A stretch of DNA of 33,497 bases from Elusimicrobia bacterium CG03_land_8_20_14_0_80_50_18 (GCA_002780705.1 PEUP01000024.1:1640-35136), one strand, 5' to 3'. Positions 14,554-24,636 are shown, counted from the first letter of the stretch. The notes: generated from the letters alone by a model not told the origin. A program made the numbers and translations.

Positions 14554-15423
14554 ATGAAAAAATTGAAACTCGGGATACCTAAAGGTTCTCTGGAAAATTC
14601 AACGATAGAGCTCTTTGCCAAAGCCGGATTCAATATTTCCGCTAAAACCAGATCATACAGCCCCGCCTGCGATGACGATGAGATAGAGGTGCTGCTGATC
14701 CGGCCGCAGGAAATGGCAAAGTATATTACTGACGGCATAGTGGATTGCGGCCTCGCGGGCTACGACTGGATAGTGGAGTCGGGGCTCAAGGTCAAAGAGC
14801 TCTGTGAACTCAATTACTCCAAAAGTTCATTCGGCCCGGCGAAATGGGTCATAGCTGTCCGGAATGATTCAAAAATCAAGAAAGTGTCGCAGCTTGCCGG
14901 AAAACGGATTTCCACCGAGCTCATGAGCGTTCTTAAGAAATGGCTTGCCGGAAAAGGCGTGAAGGCGAAGATAGATTTTTCATGGGGCGCCACCGAGACA
15001 AAGGCGGGAACGCTGGCCGACGCCATATGTGAGCTCACTGAAACGGGCGAGTCCATCCGGAGAAACAACCTGCGTATCATAGACGAGGTTATGGTATCCA
15101 CCACGAGATTCATCTCGTCGCCCGCCGCGTGCAGTGATACCTGGAAAAAATCCAAGATGGAAGATATAGCCATGCTTCTTAAAGGCGCCCTGAAGGCGGA
15201 AGGGCTGGTGGGCCTGAAAATGAATGTAGCCGCAGATCGTGTGAGTAAAATAGAGCAGATACTCAAGAAATACAGCAACCCCACAATATCATCTCTGGCT
15301 TTCGGAGGCATGGCCATGGAGGTTGTTTTAATGGAAATGACCGCCAGAAACATCATCCCGCTTCTCAAAAAAGCCGGCGCCGCGGATATCATAGAATACC
15401 CTCTGACAAAAGTTATACGATGA
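14554..15423 (+). CDS. hisG: ATP phosphoribosyltransferase (long form)
   Basis: MKKLKLGIPKGSLENSTIELFAKAGF N-terminus. ETGESIRRNNL segment. About 290 aa, including a C-terminal regulatory-domain-sized extension. GGAGG lies 6 nt before the ATG at 14554; the ORF-track TTG at 14533 is less likely. Confidence 0.85.
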   Translation: MKKLKLGIPKGSLENSTIELFAKAGFNISAKTRSYSPACDDDEIEVLLIRPQEMAKYITDGIVDCGLAGYDWIVESGLKVKELCELNYSKSSFGPAKWVIAVRNDSKIKKVSQLAGKRISTELMSVLKKWLAGKGVKAKIDFSWGATETKAGTLADAICELTETGESIRRNNLRIIDEVMVSTTRFISSPAACSDTWKKSKMEDIAMLLKGALKAEGLVGLKMNVAADRVSKIEQILKKYSNPTISSLAFGGMAMEVVLMEMTARNIIPLLKKAGAADIIEYPLTKVIR

Positions 15424-16907
15424 ATGAAATCAGAGTGCGTTTTGCCCCGTCCCCGACGGGCTATTTTCACATAGGCAGCGCCCGCACGGCGCTGTATAAC
15501 TGGCTATATGCCCGCGGCCGTGGCGGTCAATTTATTCTCAGGATAGAAGACACTGACGAGGCGCGATCCACAGTGCCGGCGGTCAGGTCAATAATCAACG
15601 GGCTGAAGTTCATGGGTATCAAATGGGATGAGGGACCGCTAATTATAAAAAATGAAAGGGGTGAAGACGAGATGACATCGGTCGGTTCATACGGCCCGTA
15701 TTTTCAGGCGCAGAGAAGGAATTTTTATACTCAGGCCGCGGACAGTCTCCTGGACTCTAAAAGGGCGTACCGCTGTTTCTGTTCCCAGGAAGAATTAGCC
15801 GCGGAGAGGCAGGCGCAGCTGCGGTCAAAAACAAGGGTGGGATATTCAGGCAAATGCAGGGATCTCAGCCACGCTCAGATCAGCAGTCTGCTGGCCGCGG
15901 GCCGGGAGCCCGTGATAAGGTTCCGGGTGGACGAAGGCCGCACTGTGATTTTTCAGGACGGTATAAGAGGCGATATCAGCGTGCAGTCGGATGAGATAGC
16001 TGATTTTGTTATTATGCGTGCCGGCGGGTTACCGATATATAATTTTGCCTGTGTTGTTGACGACCATCTGATGAAGATAAGCGATGTCATAAGGGGGGAA
16101 GATCATATTTCAAACACGCCCAAACAGATTATGTTATATCAGGCTCTCGGCTGGGATGCGCCCCGGTTCGCTCATCTGACGATGATACTTGATGTTGACG
16201 GCTCAAGGCTCTCTAAAAGGACCGGCGCCCGGTCGCTGCTGGAATACGCGTCCGACGGTTTTATCAGGGAGGCGGTTGTGAATTATCTCGCGCTTCTGGG
16301 CTGGGCCACAAAGGACAGCCGGAATATTTTTTCACCGGATGAGCTTGAAAGGGAGTTTTCTCTCTCAAGATGCGGGCAGTCCGCCGCGGTGTTTGATAAT
16401 GATAAACTTCTGTGGCTCAACGCGCAGCACATAAAAAATCTTTCGGGCGATGATATCAGGCGGCGCGCGGCTGAGCTTCTTAAAGAGGCGGGAATGGACA
16501 AATATCCCTCTGAGAGGCTCGTGGAAGCGATTGAAATGGAAAAAGAAAAGCTCAAGAAACTCAGCGAGATACCTGACAAGATCGGGTTTCTTTTTGAGAG
16601 TGATTTTGAAGATGACGCTGATGTGAAGATTAGCGCCGGCGAAAGCGCGGCTCTGGTAGAGCGTCTCGCCAAAGCTCTGGAGCGGGCTGAGCCTTTCAGC
16701 GCGGAAAAGATAGAAGAAGAGGTCAGAGCCTTTGCCAAGGCGGAAAACATCAAGACAAAAGAGATTTTTCATCCATTGAGATGGGCGCTTTCCGGAAGGT
16801 CAAAGGGGCCTTCTCTCTTTCATATGTGCGCTTTTCTCGGTAAAGAAGAATCGCTTAAAAGAATAAGCAAATATGCGCGCCGCTACGGCGGCGCCGGAGG
16901 TGAATAA
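15420..16907 (+). CDS. gltX: Glutamate--tRNA ligase
   Basis: RFAPSPTGYFHIGSARTALYNW (HIGH region) and SRLSKR (KMSKS-equivalent) are present. The start makes an ATGA overlap with hisG. Confidence 0.94.
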   Translation: MNEIRVRFAPSPTGYFHIGSARTALYNWLYARGRGGQFILRIEDTDEARSTVPAVRSIINGLKFMGIKWDEGPLIIKNERGEDEMTSVGSYGPYFQAQRRNFYTQAADSLLDSKRAYRCFCSQEELAAERQAQLRSKTRVGYSGKCRDLSHAQISSLLAAGREPVIRFRVDEGRTVIFQDGIRGDISVQSDEIADFVIMRAGGLPIYNFACVVDDHLMKISDVIRGEDHISNTPKQIMLYQALGWDAPRFAHLTMILDVDGSRLSKRTGARSLLEYASDGFIREAVVNYLALLGWATKDSRNIFSPDELEREFSLSRCGQSAAVFDNDKLLWLNAQHIKNLSGDDIRRRAAELLKEAGMDKYPSERLVEAIEMEKEKLKKLSEIPDKIGFLFESDFEDDADVKISAGESAALVERLAKALERAEPFSAEKIEEEVRAFAKAENIKTKEIFHPLRWALSGRSKGPSLFHMCAFLGKEESLKRISKYARRYGGAGGE

Positions 16908-17260
16908 TGGATTCAGAATTTTTTGCGTTGGTTCTAATGTTTCAGCAGTCCGCAATGCTGCATCTGGGGAAAATGTCCAATCCTTCCACGGGTAAAACGG
17001 AAAGGAACCTGGTGCAGGCCAAAATGTCAGTGGATATACTGGAAATGCTCAGCAAGAAAACAAAGGGAAATCTGGACAAAGATGAGGAAAAATTTCTCGC
17101 CAATGTTCTTGCCGATGCTCAGCTCAATTACGCGTCTGAGGCGTTAAAGCCCGGCGACCCGCCCGAATCAAAAAAAGCACCGGATGTGAAGTCCGAAGCG
17201 GAGGAAGACGGCAAAGCGCCGGCGGAAGATACCGGCGGGGACGCTCCCGGACAAAAATAA
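16907..17260 (+). CDS. DUF1844-family protein
   Basis: 117 aa. FFALVLMFQQSAMLHLGK...TGKTERNLVQAKMSVDILEMLSKKTKGNL matches my recollection of the DUF1844 consensus. It has an acidic tail. TAATG overlap with gltX. Confidence 0.7.
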   Translation: MDSEFFALVLMFQQSAMLHLGKMSNPSTGKTERNLVQAKMSVDILEMLSKKTKGNLDKDEEKFLANVLADAQLNYASEALKPGDPPESKKAPDVKSEAEEDGKAPAEDTGGDAPGQK

Positions 17261-17273
17261 TCGGCGCCGGGCA

Positions 17274-18692
17274 TTATTTTTTTTGCAATCTGAAAAAAAC
17301 GCCGAGCCCTTCAATCATCATCCTGATATCGTCCAGCGAATGTATGCTCCTTAGTTTTCTCAGTAAATATTTGGGTCTGAGATAAAATTCTTTAAAAGCT
17401 CTTTTCTGCCAAGCTATGAGTTCATCCTGCGTTATGTTGTTTTGTACGAGTATGGGGTTGGATTTTGTCAGCGGCGCGAAATCTTCCCAGCTCAGATTAC
17501 CTGCCAGGCATCCTGATTTCAGGGCTTCGGTGTAGAGATCTGTCCCGGGGAAAGGGGTGGTCAGAAAAAAAGTCGCGTTATCAAGATCCAGCTCTTTGGC
17601 GTAATCAATAGTCTGGCGAATGGTTTCATGCGTTTCGCCTATGTTGCCCAGCATAAAGCTCGCGTGCACGCTTAGTCCCGCGTCCGAGGCTGCTTTGACG
17701 GCCTTTCTGCCCATATCCACCGTGGTATTTTTCCGCATTATATCAAGTATTTTCTGCGATCCCGACTCCAGTCCGAAAGAAATCTTACGGCAGCCGGCCT
17801 TTTTCATTTCTTCAAGCATTTCTTTGTCAATGATGTTTATCCGGCCGAAACATATCCACGCGATATCAAGCTTGCGCTCCGTTATCGTCCGGCATATATC
17901 TATGACCCGTTTTTTATTCAGAGTAAAAGTGTCGTCGTAAAAATTGAATTCGCGTATCCCGTATTTTTTCACACATTCTTCAATTTCATCCACAACCGTT
18001 TTCACGCCGCGGTAGCGGACGCGCCGGCGCCATATCAGTTTTGAGATGCAGTGCATGCAGTCATAAGGACAGCCTCTTGAAGTCAGGATTGAGGTTGACT
18101 TGAAATTGCTCACCTTTTTCGTGGGAGCCTGGTAGTATGAGTCAAGATTAAACAAATCTCTTGCGGGGAAGGGTATGCTGTCTATGTCTTCAATTAATTC
18201 GCGTTCTCCTGTGAGAATTACTTTATCATTTTTTTTATAAGCAATACCTTTAATCCGTCCGTAATCGTCACAACCGCCGGCAATCATAGCCGCCAGCTCA
18301 TAAAAAGTCAGTTCTCCCTCGCCGCGTACGGCAAAGTCAATAAAGCCGGTGTTAATCGCTTCTTCGGGGAAGGCGCTGGGGTGCGGCCCGCCGGCAATCA
18401 CAAAAATGCCGGGGTTGATATTTTTTATAATTTTGGCTATAGCGGCGACATGATTGAAAACAGGGGTGGGTGTGCTGATCCCCACGATGTCAGGTTGATA
18501 ATCAACTATGCCCCGTCTAATGTCGGAATAATCCATTTCGTGTGTTTCGGCATCCATGACCTTGATGCCGCAGTCCAGGTATTTCCGGAGATACCCCGCG
18601 AGATAGGCCAGATTAAGAGGAATGGCATGTCCGCCGGAATTTTTTATTCCGCTGAATTGAATGTAAGGCGGGTTTATCAGCAGTATCTTCAT
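17274..18692 (-). CDS. B12-binding-domain radical SAM protein (class B)
   Basis: 472 aa. The N-terminus looks like a cobalamin-binding Rossmann-like domain (KILLINPP...DIVGIST...VIAGGPH). CxxxCxxC is present as SRGCPYDCMHC. The substrate is not inferable from sequence. Confidence 0.85.
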   Translation of the reverse strand: MKILLINPPYIQFSGIKNSGGHAIPLNLAYLAGYLRKYLDCGIKVMDAETHEMDYSDIRRGIVDYQPDIVGISTPTPVFNHVAAIAKIIKNINPGIFVIAGGPHPSAFPEEAINTGFIDFAVRGEGELTFYELAAMIAGGCDDYGRIKGIAYKKNDKVILTGERELIEDIDSIPFPARDLFNLDSYYQAPTKKVSNFKSTSILTSRGCPYDCMHCISKLIWRRRVRYRGVKTVVDEIEECVKKYGIREFNFYDDTFTLNKKRVIDICRTITERKLDIAWICFGRINIIDKEMLEEMKKAGCRKISFGLESGSQKILDIMRKNTTVDMGRKAVKAASDAGLSVHASFMLGNIGETHETIRQTIDYAKELDLDNATFFLTTPFPGTDLYTEALKSGCLAGNLSWEDFAPLTKSNPILVQNNITQDELIAWQKRAFKEFYLRPKYLLRKLRSIHSLDDIRMMIEGLGVFFRLQKK

Positions 18693-18834
18693 GCTTCCTT
18701 GGCGGCAACTGACTTTAAAACCACACTATCCTCCTAAGTGTACGCAACAAATAACCGGAGCGGCCGGGCTCGTTGGATTATGATATTATAAACAGGCGCA
18801 TGTATCAAGGATAGTTAGCCGTTCCCGCGGAGAT

Positions 18835-21294
18835 ATGACCCGCCTATTTTCAAGCATTGGCGAATTTGTTATATTAATCCCGTTAATGAAAAAAAATAAT
18901 TCTCACAGTCAATCAGCAGATATCCTGCGCGTTTCCGCAATTTTGTTTATGCCGTTATCACTGGCGTGGCTGGCCCTGGTGTCTTTTAAATTCTATCAGT
19001 ATCATCCCGTCTCCCTTACCTTGAGCTATTTGTTCCGCCTGCAGGGTGAATTCAGTTTGCCCGTTTTTCTCAGTCTGATCCCCGGTTATATCGCGGCAAT
19101 CGCGGCCGCGGCGGCTGTAACGCTCGCGGCTTTTTTCACAGGCACTTCTTTTTTCTCTCTGGTTAAAATGAAATTTAACGATAAATATGAGAATATGCTG
19201 TTCTCTTCGGCCGCGGGATTCGGGATAATAGCGTATATGACGCTTCTGATAGGTTATTTGGGCGCTTTGTACCGCGTGTTTTTCTACATTATCTTCACCG
19301 CTTTTTCGCTTGCCGCCATTGTCAAGATCAGGTCACTGAACCGGGCCTGGCCGCCGCCAGGCCGTTCTTCAAAAATTACGATGCTTGAAAAAATAATGAT
19401 CGCCATGCTGTTTATGCTTGCCCTTTTCAATCTGATGATGAGTTTTACGCCGGAAATGTTTTACGACTCGCTCAATTATCATGTCGGCGCGCCCAATTAT
19501 TTCATTCAGAATCACAAAGTTATGCCGTTGCCCTATAAAATACTTTCCAATTTTCCACTCACGGTTTCAATGATTTTTACGGCCGGCATGTTATTGAAAG
19601 ACGTTATGGCGCCGAAACTGCTCAATTTCATGTTCGGCATTTTAATCGCGCTTGGGATAATTCATTTCTCGCTTCGCCGCTTCGGCAACCGTTTAACGGG
19701 CATTATCGGCGCTGTGGTTTTCTATTTTACGCCCACGATTATGTTCCGTTCCTGGCTCGCCTCAAATGACATAGGATTGACCCTTTTTATCTTTTTCAGC
19801 CTCTACGCGCTTATTAATTACACGGAAGAGACAAAGAGGAATTTCCAATGGCTGTTAACCGCCGCGGTTCTTTCCGGCTTCGCGCTCGGGTCTAAATACA
19901 CCGCGGTTTTCTTTATCGCGCCGCTGGCGCTTGTTTTAGTGATTCATGGATTTTTTATGAAACAGGCATTGAAAAAAATTTTCAAATCCGCGGCCATCTT
20001 CGGTTTTGCAACGCTTGCGGTGGCGTCTCCGTGGTTTATAAGGAACTATATTAATTCGGGAAATCCCGTGCACCCTCTCATGACTGATTTTTTTGACATT
20101 AAATATCCTTATGATGTAAGCGCCAGTACGGAATTTGATTATCACAATCCACTCACGCAGATATCAAAAATAACAAGCCTGTTCACACTGCCGTGGAATA
20201 TGAGCATAAAAGGCGGCGGCCGCGGGACAAGATATTCTTCTCCTGATTATTATATGTCAGGGGTGATTTTTCTTGTTTTCCTTCCGCTGCTGTTCTTTTT
20301 CAGACTGAAAAACAATGCGCTTATTATTCACCTGCTGGTTTTTTTCCTGTGTTCATACGCGCTATGGGCAATCGCCCCGAACACGAAGTTTAAATATTTC
20401 AGTCCGGCGATTCCCGGTGCCGCCCTTCTGGCCGGTTATGTTGTGTGCGCGGCAACGCGTGAAAATCAACTGCTGAAAAATATATTCGGATTTTCAGTTA
20501 TTATTCTGGCAATGAGTAATTTTCTTTTCATGGCCCCGCTGGCTGTCTACACCTATCAGCCCCTGTCGCTGCTTACCGGAGCCGTTTCGCGGGACCAGTA
20601 TCTTTCCGAGTCCCGACCGGGCTATCCCTATCCGTCGTATAAGGTTTATCAGTATGCGAATCGAACTCTCCCAGAAGACGATGTGAAGATACTGATCTTC
20701 GGTGACGCGAAATGCCTGTACATCAAAAGGCCTTTTGTGGCCTTTTCCGTAGAAGGGTTGAACCCGCTTATAGAGTATCTCAGGAACGGCGCGGATGCGG
20801 ATGATGTCTATAATAATCTTATTCTCGACGAATTTACCCATCTCATAGTGAATGTGCCGGAGGGCATCAGAACCGCCGGTTACGGCAATTTTTATTTCAA
20901 CGGGGAGGATATCCTTAAGCTTCGCGCTTTCTGGAAAAAATACATTACCGAACTCTACCAATACAAAGGCGTTTATCTTTACAAAGTGGATGAAGTGAAG
21001 AAACGGGTTGCGGCGCCTTATAATTCCGTTGAGGGCGCGTTCAGGACTTACCGCCTGAATCAAATTATAGGAAGTCTCAAGAATAGCAAGTGGGAGGGCG
21101 CTCTTACGGGTCTTGCCGAACTTCTTGACAGGAATATAGCCGATCACTGGATTTTTTATCTCACAGCGGTGTGTCATCATAACCTGCAAAATTATCCTGA
21201 GGCGCTGAAGTACGCCAATATGGCCTATAAAGCCGAGCCGCAGGATGAGTACAGAGAACTGCTGAAAGCAATTAGAAAGGCGCAGGCCGGGTGA
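18835..21294 (+). CDS. Large polytopic membrane protein, GT-C (ArnT/PMT-like) glycosyltransferase-like, with C-terminal soluble TPR-like region
   Basis: 819 aa, with at least ten hydrophobic segments in the first 560 or so aa. An early loop reads FTPEMFYDSLNYHVGAPNYF. The C-terminal 250 or so aa are soluble and end in a TPR-like helix pair (YPEALKYANMAYKAEPQD). The start is uncertain: ATG at 18835 or ATG at 18886. Confidence 0.7.
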   Translation: MTRLFSSIGEFVILIPLMKKNNSHSQSADILRVSAILFMPLSLAWLALVSFKFYQYHPVSLTLSYLFRLQGEFSLPVFLSLIPGYIAAIAAAAAVTLAAFFTGTSFFSLVKMKFNDKYENMLFSSAAGFGIIAYMTLLIGYLGALYRVFFYIIFTAFSLAAIVKIRSLNRAWPPPGRSSKITMLEKIMIAMLFMLALFNLMMSFTPEMFYDSLNYHVGAPNYFIQNHKVMPLPYKILSNFPLTVSMIFTAGMLLKDVMAPKLLNFMFGILIALGIIHFSLRRFGNRLTGIIGAVVFYFTPTIMFRSWLASNDIGLTLFIFFSLYALINYTEETKRNFQWLLTAAVLSGFALGSKYTAVFFIAPLALVLVIHGFFMKQALKKIFKSAAIFGFATLAVASPWFIRNYINSGNPVHPLMTDFFDIKYPYDVSASTEFDYHNPLTQISKITSLFTLPWNMSIKGGGRGTRYSSPDYYMSGVIFLVFLPLLFFFRLKNNALIIHLLVFFLCSYALWAIAPNTKFKYFSPAIPGAALLAGYVVCAATRENQLLKNIFGFSVIILAMSNFLFMAPLAVYTYQPLSLLTGAVSRDQYLSESRPGYPYPSYKVYQYANRTLPEDDVKILIFGDAKCLYIKRPFVAFSVEGLNPLIEYLRNGADADDVYNNLILDEFTHLIVNVPEGIRTAGYGNFYFNGEDILKLRAFWKKYITELYQYKGVYLYKVDEVKKRVAAPYNSVEGAFRTYRLNQIIGSLKNSKWEGALTGLAELLDRNIADHWIFYLTAVCHHNLQNYPEALKYANMAYKAEPQDEYRELLKAIRKAQAG

Positions 21295-21297
21295 AGA

Positions 21298-21990
21298 GTG
21301 CTTGAAATGACGGAGCTATTCACAAAAGACAGCCCGGCGCCGGATGACGAAAAATACTGGGAACGCAAATCTTTGAACAGGAGGAGAAGTCCCGCGAATG
21401 CCGTGGTGCGGGAATATGTTGTTCCGAAAATTCAGGAAGTGGCAAAAGTCATAGCGTTTCATCAAAAACTTAAACTTCTGGATATAGGCGCGGGCAACGG
21501 TTTTTTTACTTTTTATTTTGACAAAATCTGCGATGCCTGCGGTATTGACAGCTCCAGAAAAATGCTTGAGATGAATCCTGTCAGTAAAACCTGTCAAATG
21601 GATGCCCGTCACCTTGAATTTGAAGATGACAGCTTTGATGTGGTTTTCTGTCACGCCGTGCTGCATCATATACGGGATATGGACAGCGTCATCAAAGAGA
21701 TGAAGAGGGTGTCAAGAAAATATGTTGTCATTATGGAGCCCAACAGGAATAATTTGCTCATGTTCATATTTTCGGCCATAGTCAGGGAGGAAAGGCAGGC
21801 TCTGAAATTTTCGCTTCAGTTTTTGAGAAAGCTGGCGCGAAAAAACGGTTTGAAGATCATTGAGGCCTTTTCATACGGACAGATAGTGCCCAACAAAACG
21901 CCGGCTTTTTTACTGCCTCTCTGCAGGATGTTTAATTTCCGTCACGCATCCGGCATGACAAATATTATTATCGCAGATTCTTCATCTTGA
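21298..21990 (+). CDS. Class I SAM-dependent methyltransferase
   Basis: Motif I is LKLLDIGAGNGFF. A downstream acidic loop reads DDSFDVVFCHAVLHHI. The start is GTG at 21298 or ATG at 21307. The 3' end overlaps convergent prs by 23 nt. Confidence 0.82.
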   Translation: MLEMTELFTKDSPAPDDEKYWERKSLNRRRSPANAVVREYVVPKIQEVAKVIAFHQKLKLLDIGAGNGFFTFYFDKICDACGIDSSRKMLEMNPVSKTCQMDARHLEFEDDSFDVVFCHAVLHHIRDMDSVIKEMKRVSRKYVVIMEPNRNNLLMFIFSAIVREERQALKFSLQFLRKLARKNGLKIIEAFSYGQIVPNKTPAFLLPLCRMFNFRHASGMTNIIIADSSS

Positions 21991-22921
21991 ACAGGCTGGA
22001 CAAAGATGTCTCATTGTGTATGCAGTTAATCGCCTGAGCGAAAAGTTTTCCCACCGAAAGGCACTCTATTTTTTTTGACGGCGTTTTAATGGGAATGGAG
22101 TTGGTGACAATGATTTTTTCCAGCGGCGCTTTTTCAAGTCTCAGGATGGCGTTCCCGGAAAGCACGGCGTGACATCCGAGGAGATAGATTTTTCCGGCGC
22201 CCTTTTTTTTAAGCGCTTTCGCGACACCCGCGGCTGTGCCGGCCGTGTCAATTATGTCATCGTATATCAGACAAGTTTTGTCCTTGACATTGCCTATGAT
22301 GTTGAGGATCTTGGCTTTGTTCGGCCCGGGCCTTCGCTTGTCCACTATGGCCAGATCCGCTCTTATGTGTTTCGCGAGCGACCGGGCCCTGTCAACGCCG
22401 CCGGCGTCGGGAGAGACGACAATACTGTTTTTCAACTTCATTTTCCGTATCCGTTCAACAAAGACGACCGAGGGGTACAGATTGTCCACGGGAATATCAA
22501 AGAAGCCCTGTATCTGTCCGGCGTGGAGTTCAAGACTGAGGACTCTGTCCGCTCCGGAGGCCGTTATAAGATTCGCCACAAGCTTTGCCGTTATGGGCAC
22601 CCGCGGCTCCGCCTTTCTGTCCTGCCGGGCGTAACCGTAATAAGGCATCACGGCCGTTATTCTCTTGGCGGATGCTCTTCTCAGGGCGTCTATGATTGTC
22701 AGAAGTATCATCAGGTTATCGTTTACCGGAGGGCAGGTGCCCTGAATAACAAAGACATCTTTGCCGCGGACATTTACTCCTATTTTGACGGAGCATTCCC
22801 CGTCCTGAAAAGCATTGATGTCTATTTTGCCGGCCGCTATATGCAGATATTTGCAGATATGCGCCGCGAGGGCGGGATTGGAGCCGCCCGAAAAGACCGC
22901 GAGATTCTGATTTGTTTTCAT
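21968..22921 (-). CDS. prs: Ribose-phosphate pyrophosphokinase
   Basis: YYGYARQDRK and the PRPP-binding loop YDDIIDTAGT are present. AGGAGA lies 5 nt before the ATG. Confidence 0.94.
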   Translation of the reverse strand: MKTNQNLAVFSGGSNPALAAHICKYLHIAAGKIDINAFQDGECSVKIGVNVRGKDVFVIQGTCPPVNDNLMILLTIIDALRRASAKRITAVMPYYGYARQDRKAEPRVPITAKLVANLITASGADRVLSLELHAGQIQGFFDIPVDNLYPSVVFVERIRKMKLKNSIVVSPDAGGVDRARSLAKHIRADLAIVDKRRPGPNKAKILNIIGNVKDKTCLIYDDIIDTAGTAAGVAKALKKKGAGKIYLLGCHAVLSGNAILRLEKAPLEKIIVTNSIPIKTPSKKIECLSVGKLFAQAINCIHNETSLSSLFKMKNLR

Positions 22922-22932
22922 CTATTTCTCCT

Positions 22933-23667
22933 TTAAGACGGGGTCAAGCCTGACACCATCTTTTCCGCCGTCGCCAGATCCGCTTTTGAATTTATCCCCA
23001 TAAGGAAGGAATTGTTCACGGCATTAAGACTTTTAATTTTTAATCCGGCCCGGGATGCTATTTTGATCACATCGGTCAGATAGTATTCTTTTTTCAAAGG
23101 GTTGGCCTTTATTGCTTCCAACAGACGGAAGATTTCCGGAGCGGGAAAGATATAGATACCGCTGTTTACGATTTTTATGTTTTTTTCAGCCGCGCTGGCG
23201 TCAAGTTCCTCTCTTATATCCGTTACCCTTCCTCTTTGCCTGATGATGCGGCCGTAACCTTCCGGCTGTTCCGTGGAGGCCGTCAGAACGCTGATATCGT
23301 TGGCGTTTAGACTGTGAAAAGCAATCAGTCTTTTAAGTTCCCCCGATTTCAAGAGGGGCACATCTCCGGGCATGACAAGGAGCAGGCCGCGGACTTTTAA
23401 TTTTTTTACTTTTGTCAGAGCATCGCCCGTCCCGAGTTTTTTTCTTTGCAGGACACATCGGCAATCAGGGTATGCGCTTATGTGTTTTCTGACTTTTTCG
23501 CTCCCTATCACAAAAACGATATCGTCGGTGATCTTCTTTGTTTCAGAGTAGATGTGGTCGAGCATCGCTTTCCCGCCCAGTTTGTGCAGCACTTTCGGGA
23601 GTGACGATTTCATCCTTGTGCCTTTCCCCGCGGCCAGTATTACAGCGGTCAAATCGTTTTTTTTCAT
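22933..23667 (-). CDS. glmU: GlmU-like N-acetylglucosamine-1-phosphate uridyltransferase domain only (no left-handed beta-helix acetyltransferase domain)
   Basis: 244 aa. AVILAAGKGTRMKSSLPKVLHKLGGKAML, LGTGDA, GDVPLL and EYYLTDVI are present. The ORF ends where the GlmU linker would begin. It lies in the canonical position upstream of prs. Confidence 0.8.
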   Translation of the reverse strand: MKKNDLTAVILAAGKGTRMKSSLPKVLHKLGGKAMLDHIYSETKKITDDIVFVIGSEKVRKHISAYPDCRCVLQRKKLGTGDALTKVKKLKVRGLLLVMPGDVPLLKSGELKRLIAFHSLNANDISVLTASTEQPEGYGRIIRQRGRVTDIREELDASAAEKNIKIVNSGIYIFPAPEIFRLLEAIKANPLKKEYYLTDVIKIASRAGLKIKSLNAVNNSFLMGINSKADLATAEKMVSGLTPS

Positions 23668-24635
23668 ATTTTAAGATCAGGGCTCGGCCTCAGAGGCAGT
23701 GATTTTTCCTGCCAGAAGCCCCTGCATGCTATCATCACCGCGTTGTCGGTGCAGAATCTGGCCTCGGGATAAAAAAGCTGTATGGAATTTCTCGCGCATT
23801 CTTCCTCAAGGTGTGAGATTATGCAGCTGTTGGCCATGACCCCGCCGGCGACCAATACGCGCTGGCATCCTTTTTGTTTGGCGGCCGCTATGATCTTAGC
23901 GGAGAAGATGTTGGCTACGCTGTTTTGGAAAGATGCCGCCAGGTCGGGAAGTCTTTCTTCATCTGTTTCCGGTATCAGGTTTTTTACAAAAGTTTTGATT
24001 CCGGAGAACGAAAAATCCTCTGAACCGTCTTTGAAACGCGGCACGGGAAATTTAAAGGCCCCTTCGTCTCCGCCCTTCGCCAGTTTTTCTATTTCCGCGC
24101 CGCCGGGATAAGTAAATCCGAGCATTTTCGCTGTTTTGTCAAAGGCCTCGCCCGGCGCGTCATCCCTTGTGCGGGCCAGCATCTCAAATTCATCATGACT
24201 CTTCGCGAACACGAGATCGCAGTGACCGCCCGAAGCGGTCAGCCCGATATAGGGCAGGCTTATGCTGGCTGTCAAAAAATTAACCGCGAGGTGCGAGAGT
24301 ATGTGGTTTACCCCGAAAACCGCTTTGTTGTGAATCGCCCCCAGTGTGCGGGCCGCCGTTATCCCCACCAGCAGGCTCCCCGCCAGGCCCGGTCCGACAG
24401 TAACGGCCAATCTGTCAATATGCTCCATCTCAAAGCCGCTCTTGAACAGAGTTTCTTCCACAACGGTGTTGATCGCCTCAAGATGTTTTCTTGAGGCCAG
24501 TTCCGGAACGACCCCCCCGAATCTGCGGTGATAAGGAATCTGTGTGGCGACGACTTCCGAGCATATTTTTTTACCGTCCCTGACGATCGCGCAGGCCGTT
24601 TCGTCGCAGGAAGTTTCTATTCCGAGCACGAGCAT
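23664..24635 (-). CDS. tsaD: tRNA N6-adenosine threonylcarbamoyltransferase
   Basis: LGIETSCDETA is at the N-terminus. NHILSHL is the metal-binding His pair. VAGGVMAN is present. ATGA overlap with the glmU-like gene. Confidence 0.93.
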   Translation of the reverse strand: MLVLGIETSCDETACAIVRDGKKICSEVVATQIPYHRRFGGVVPELASRKHLEAINTVVEETLFKSGFEMEHIDRLAVTVGPGLAGSLLVGITAARTLGAIHNKAVFGVNHILSHLAVNFLTASISLPYIGLTASGGHCDLVFAKSHDEFEMLARTRDDAPGEAFDKTAKMLGFTYPGGAEIEKLAKGGDEGAFKFPVPRFKDGSEDFSFSGIKTFVKNLIPETDEERLPDLAASFQNSVANIFSAKIIAAAKQKGCQRVLVAGGVMANSCIISHLEEECARNSIQLFYPEARFCTDNAVMIACRGFWQEKSLPLRPSPDLKI

Positions 24636-24636
24636 T

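Noticed and set aside
17253-17281. An A/T-only inverted repeat (AAAAATAAT ... ATTATTTTT) between the convergent DUF1844 and radical SAM genes, considered as a bidirectional terminator.
   Set aside because: The stem is entirely A-T, with an 11-nt G+C-rich loop that does not extend the pairing. Both stop codons lie in the arms. The support is too weak to call.
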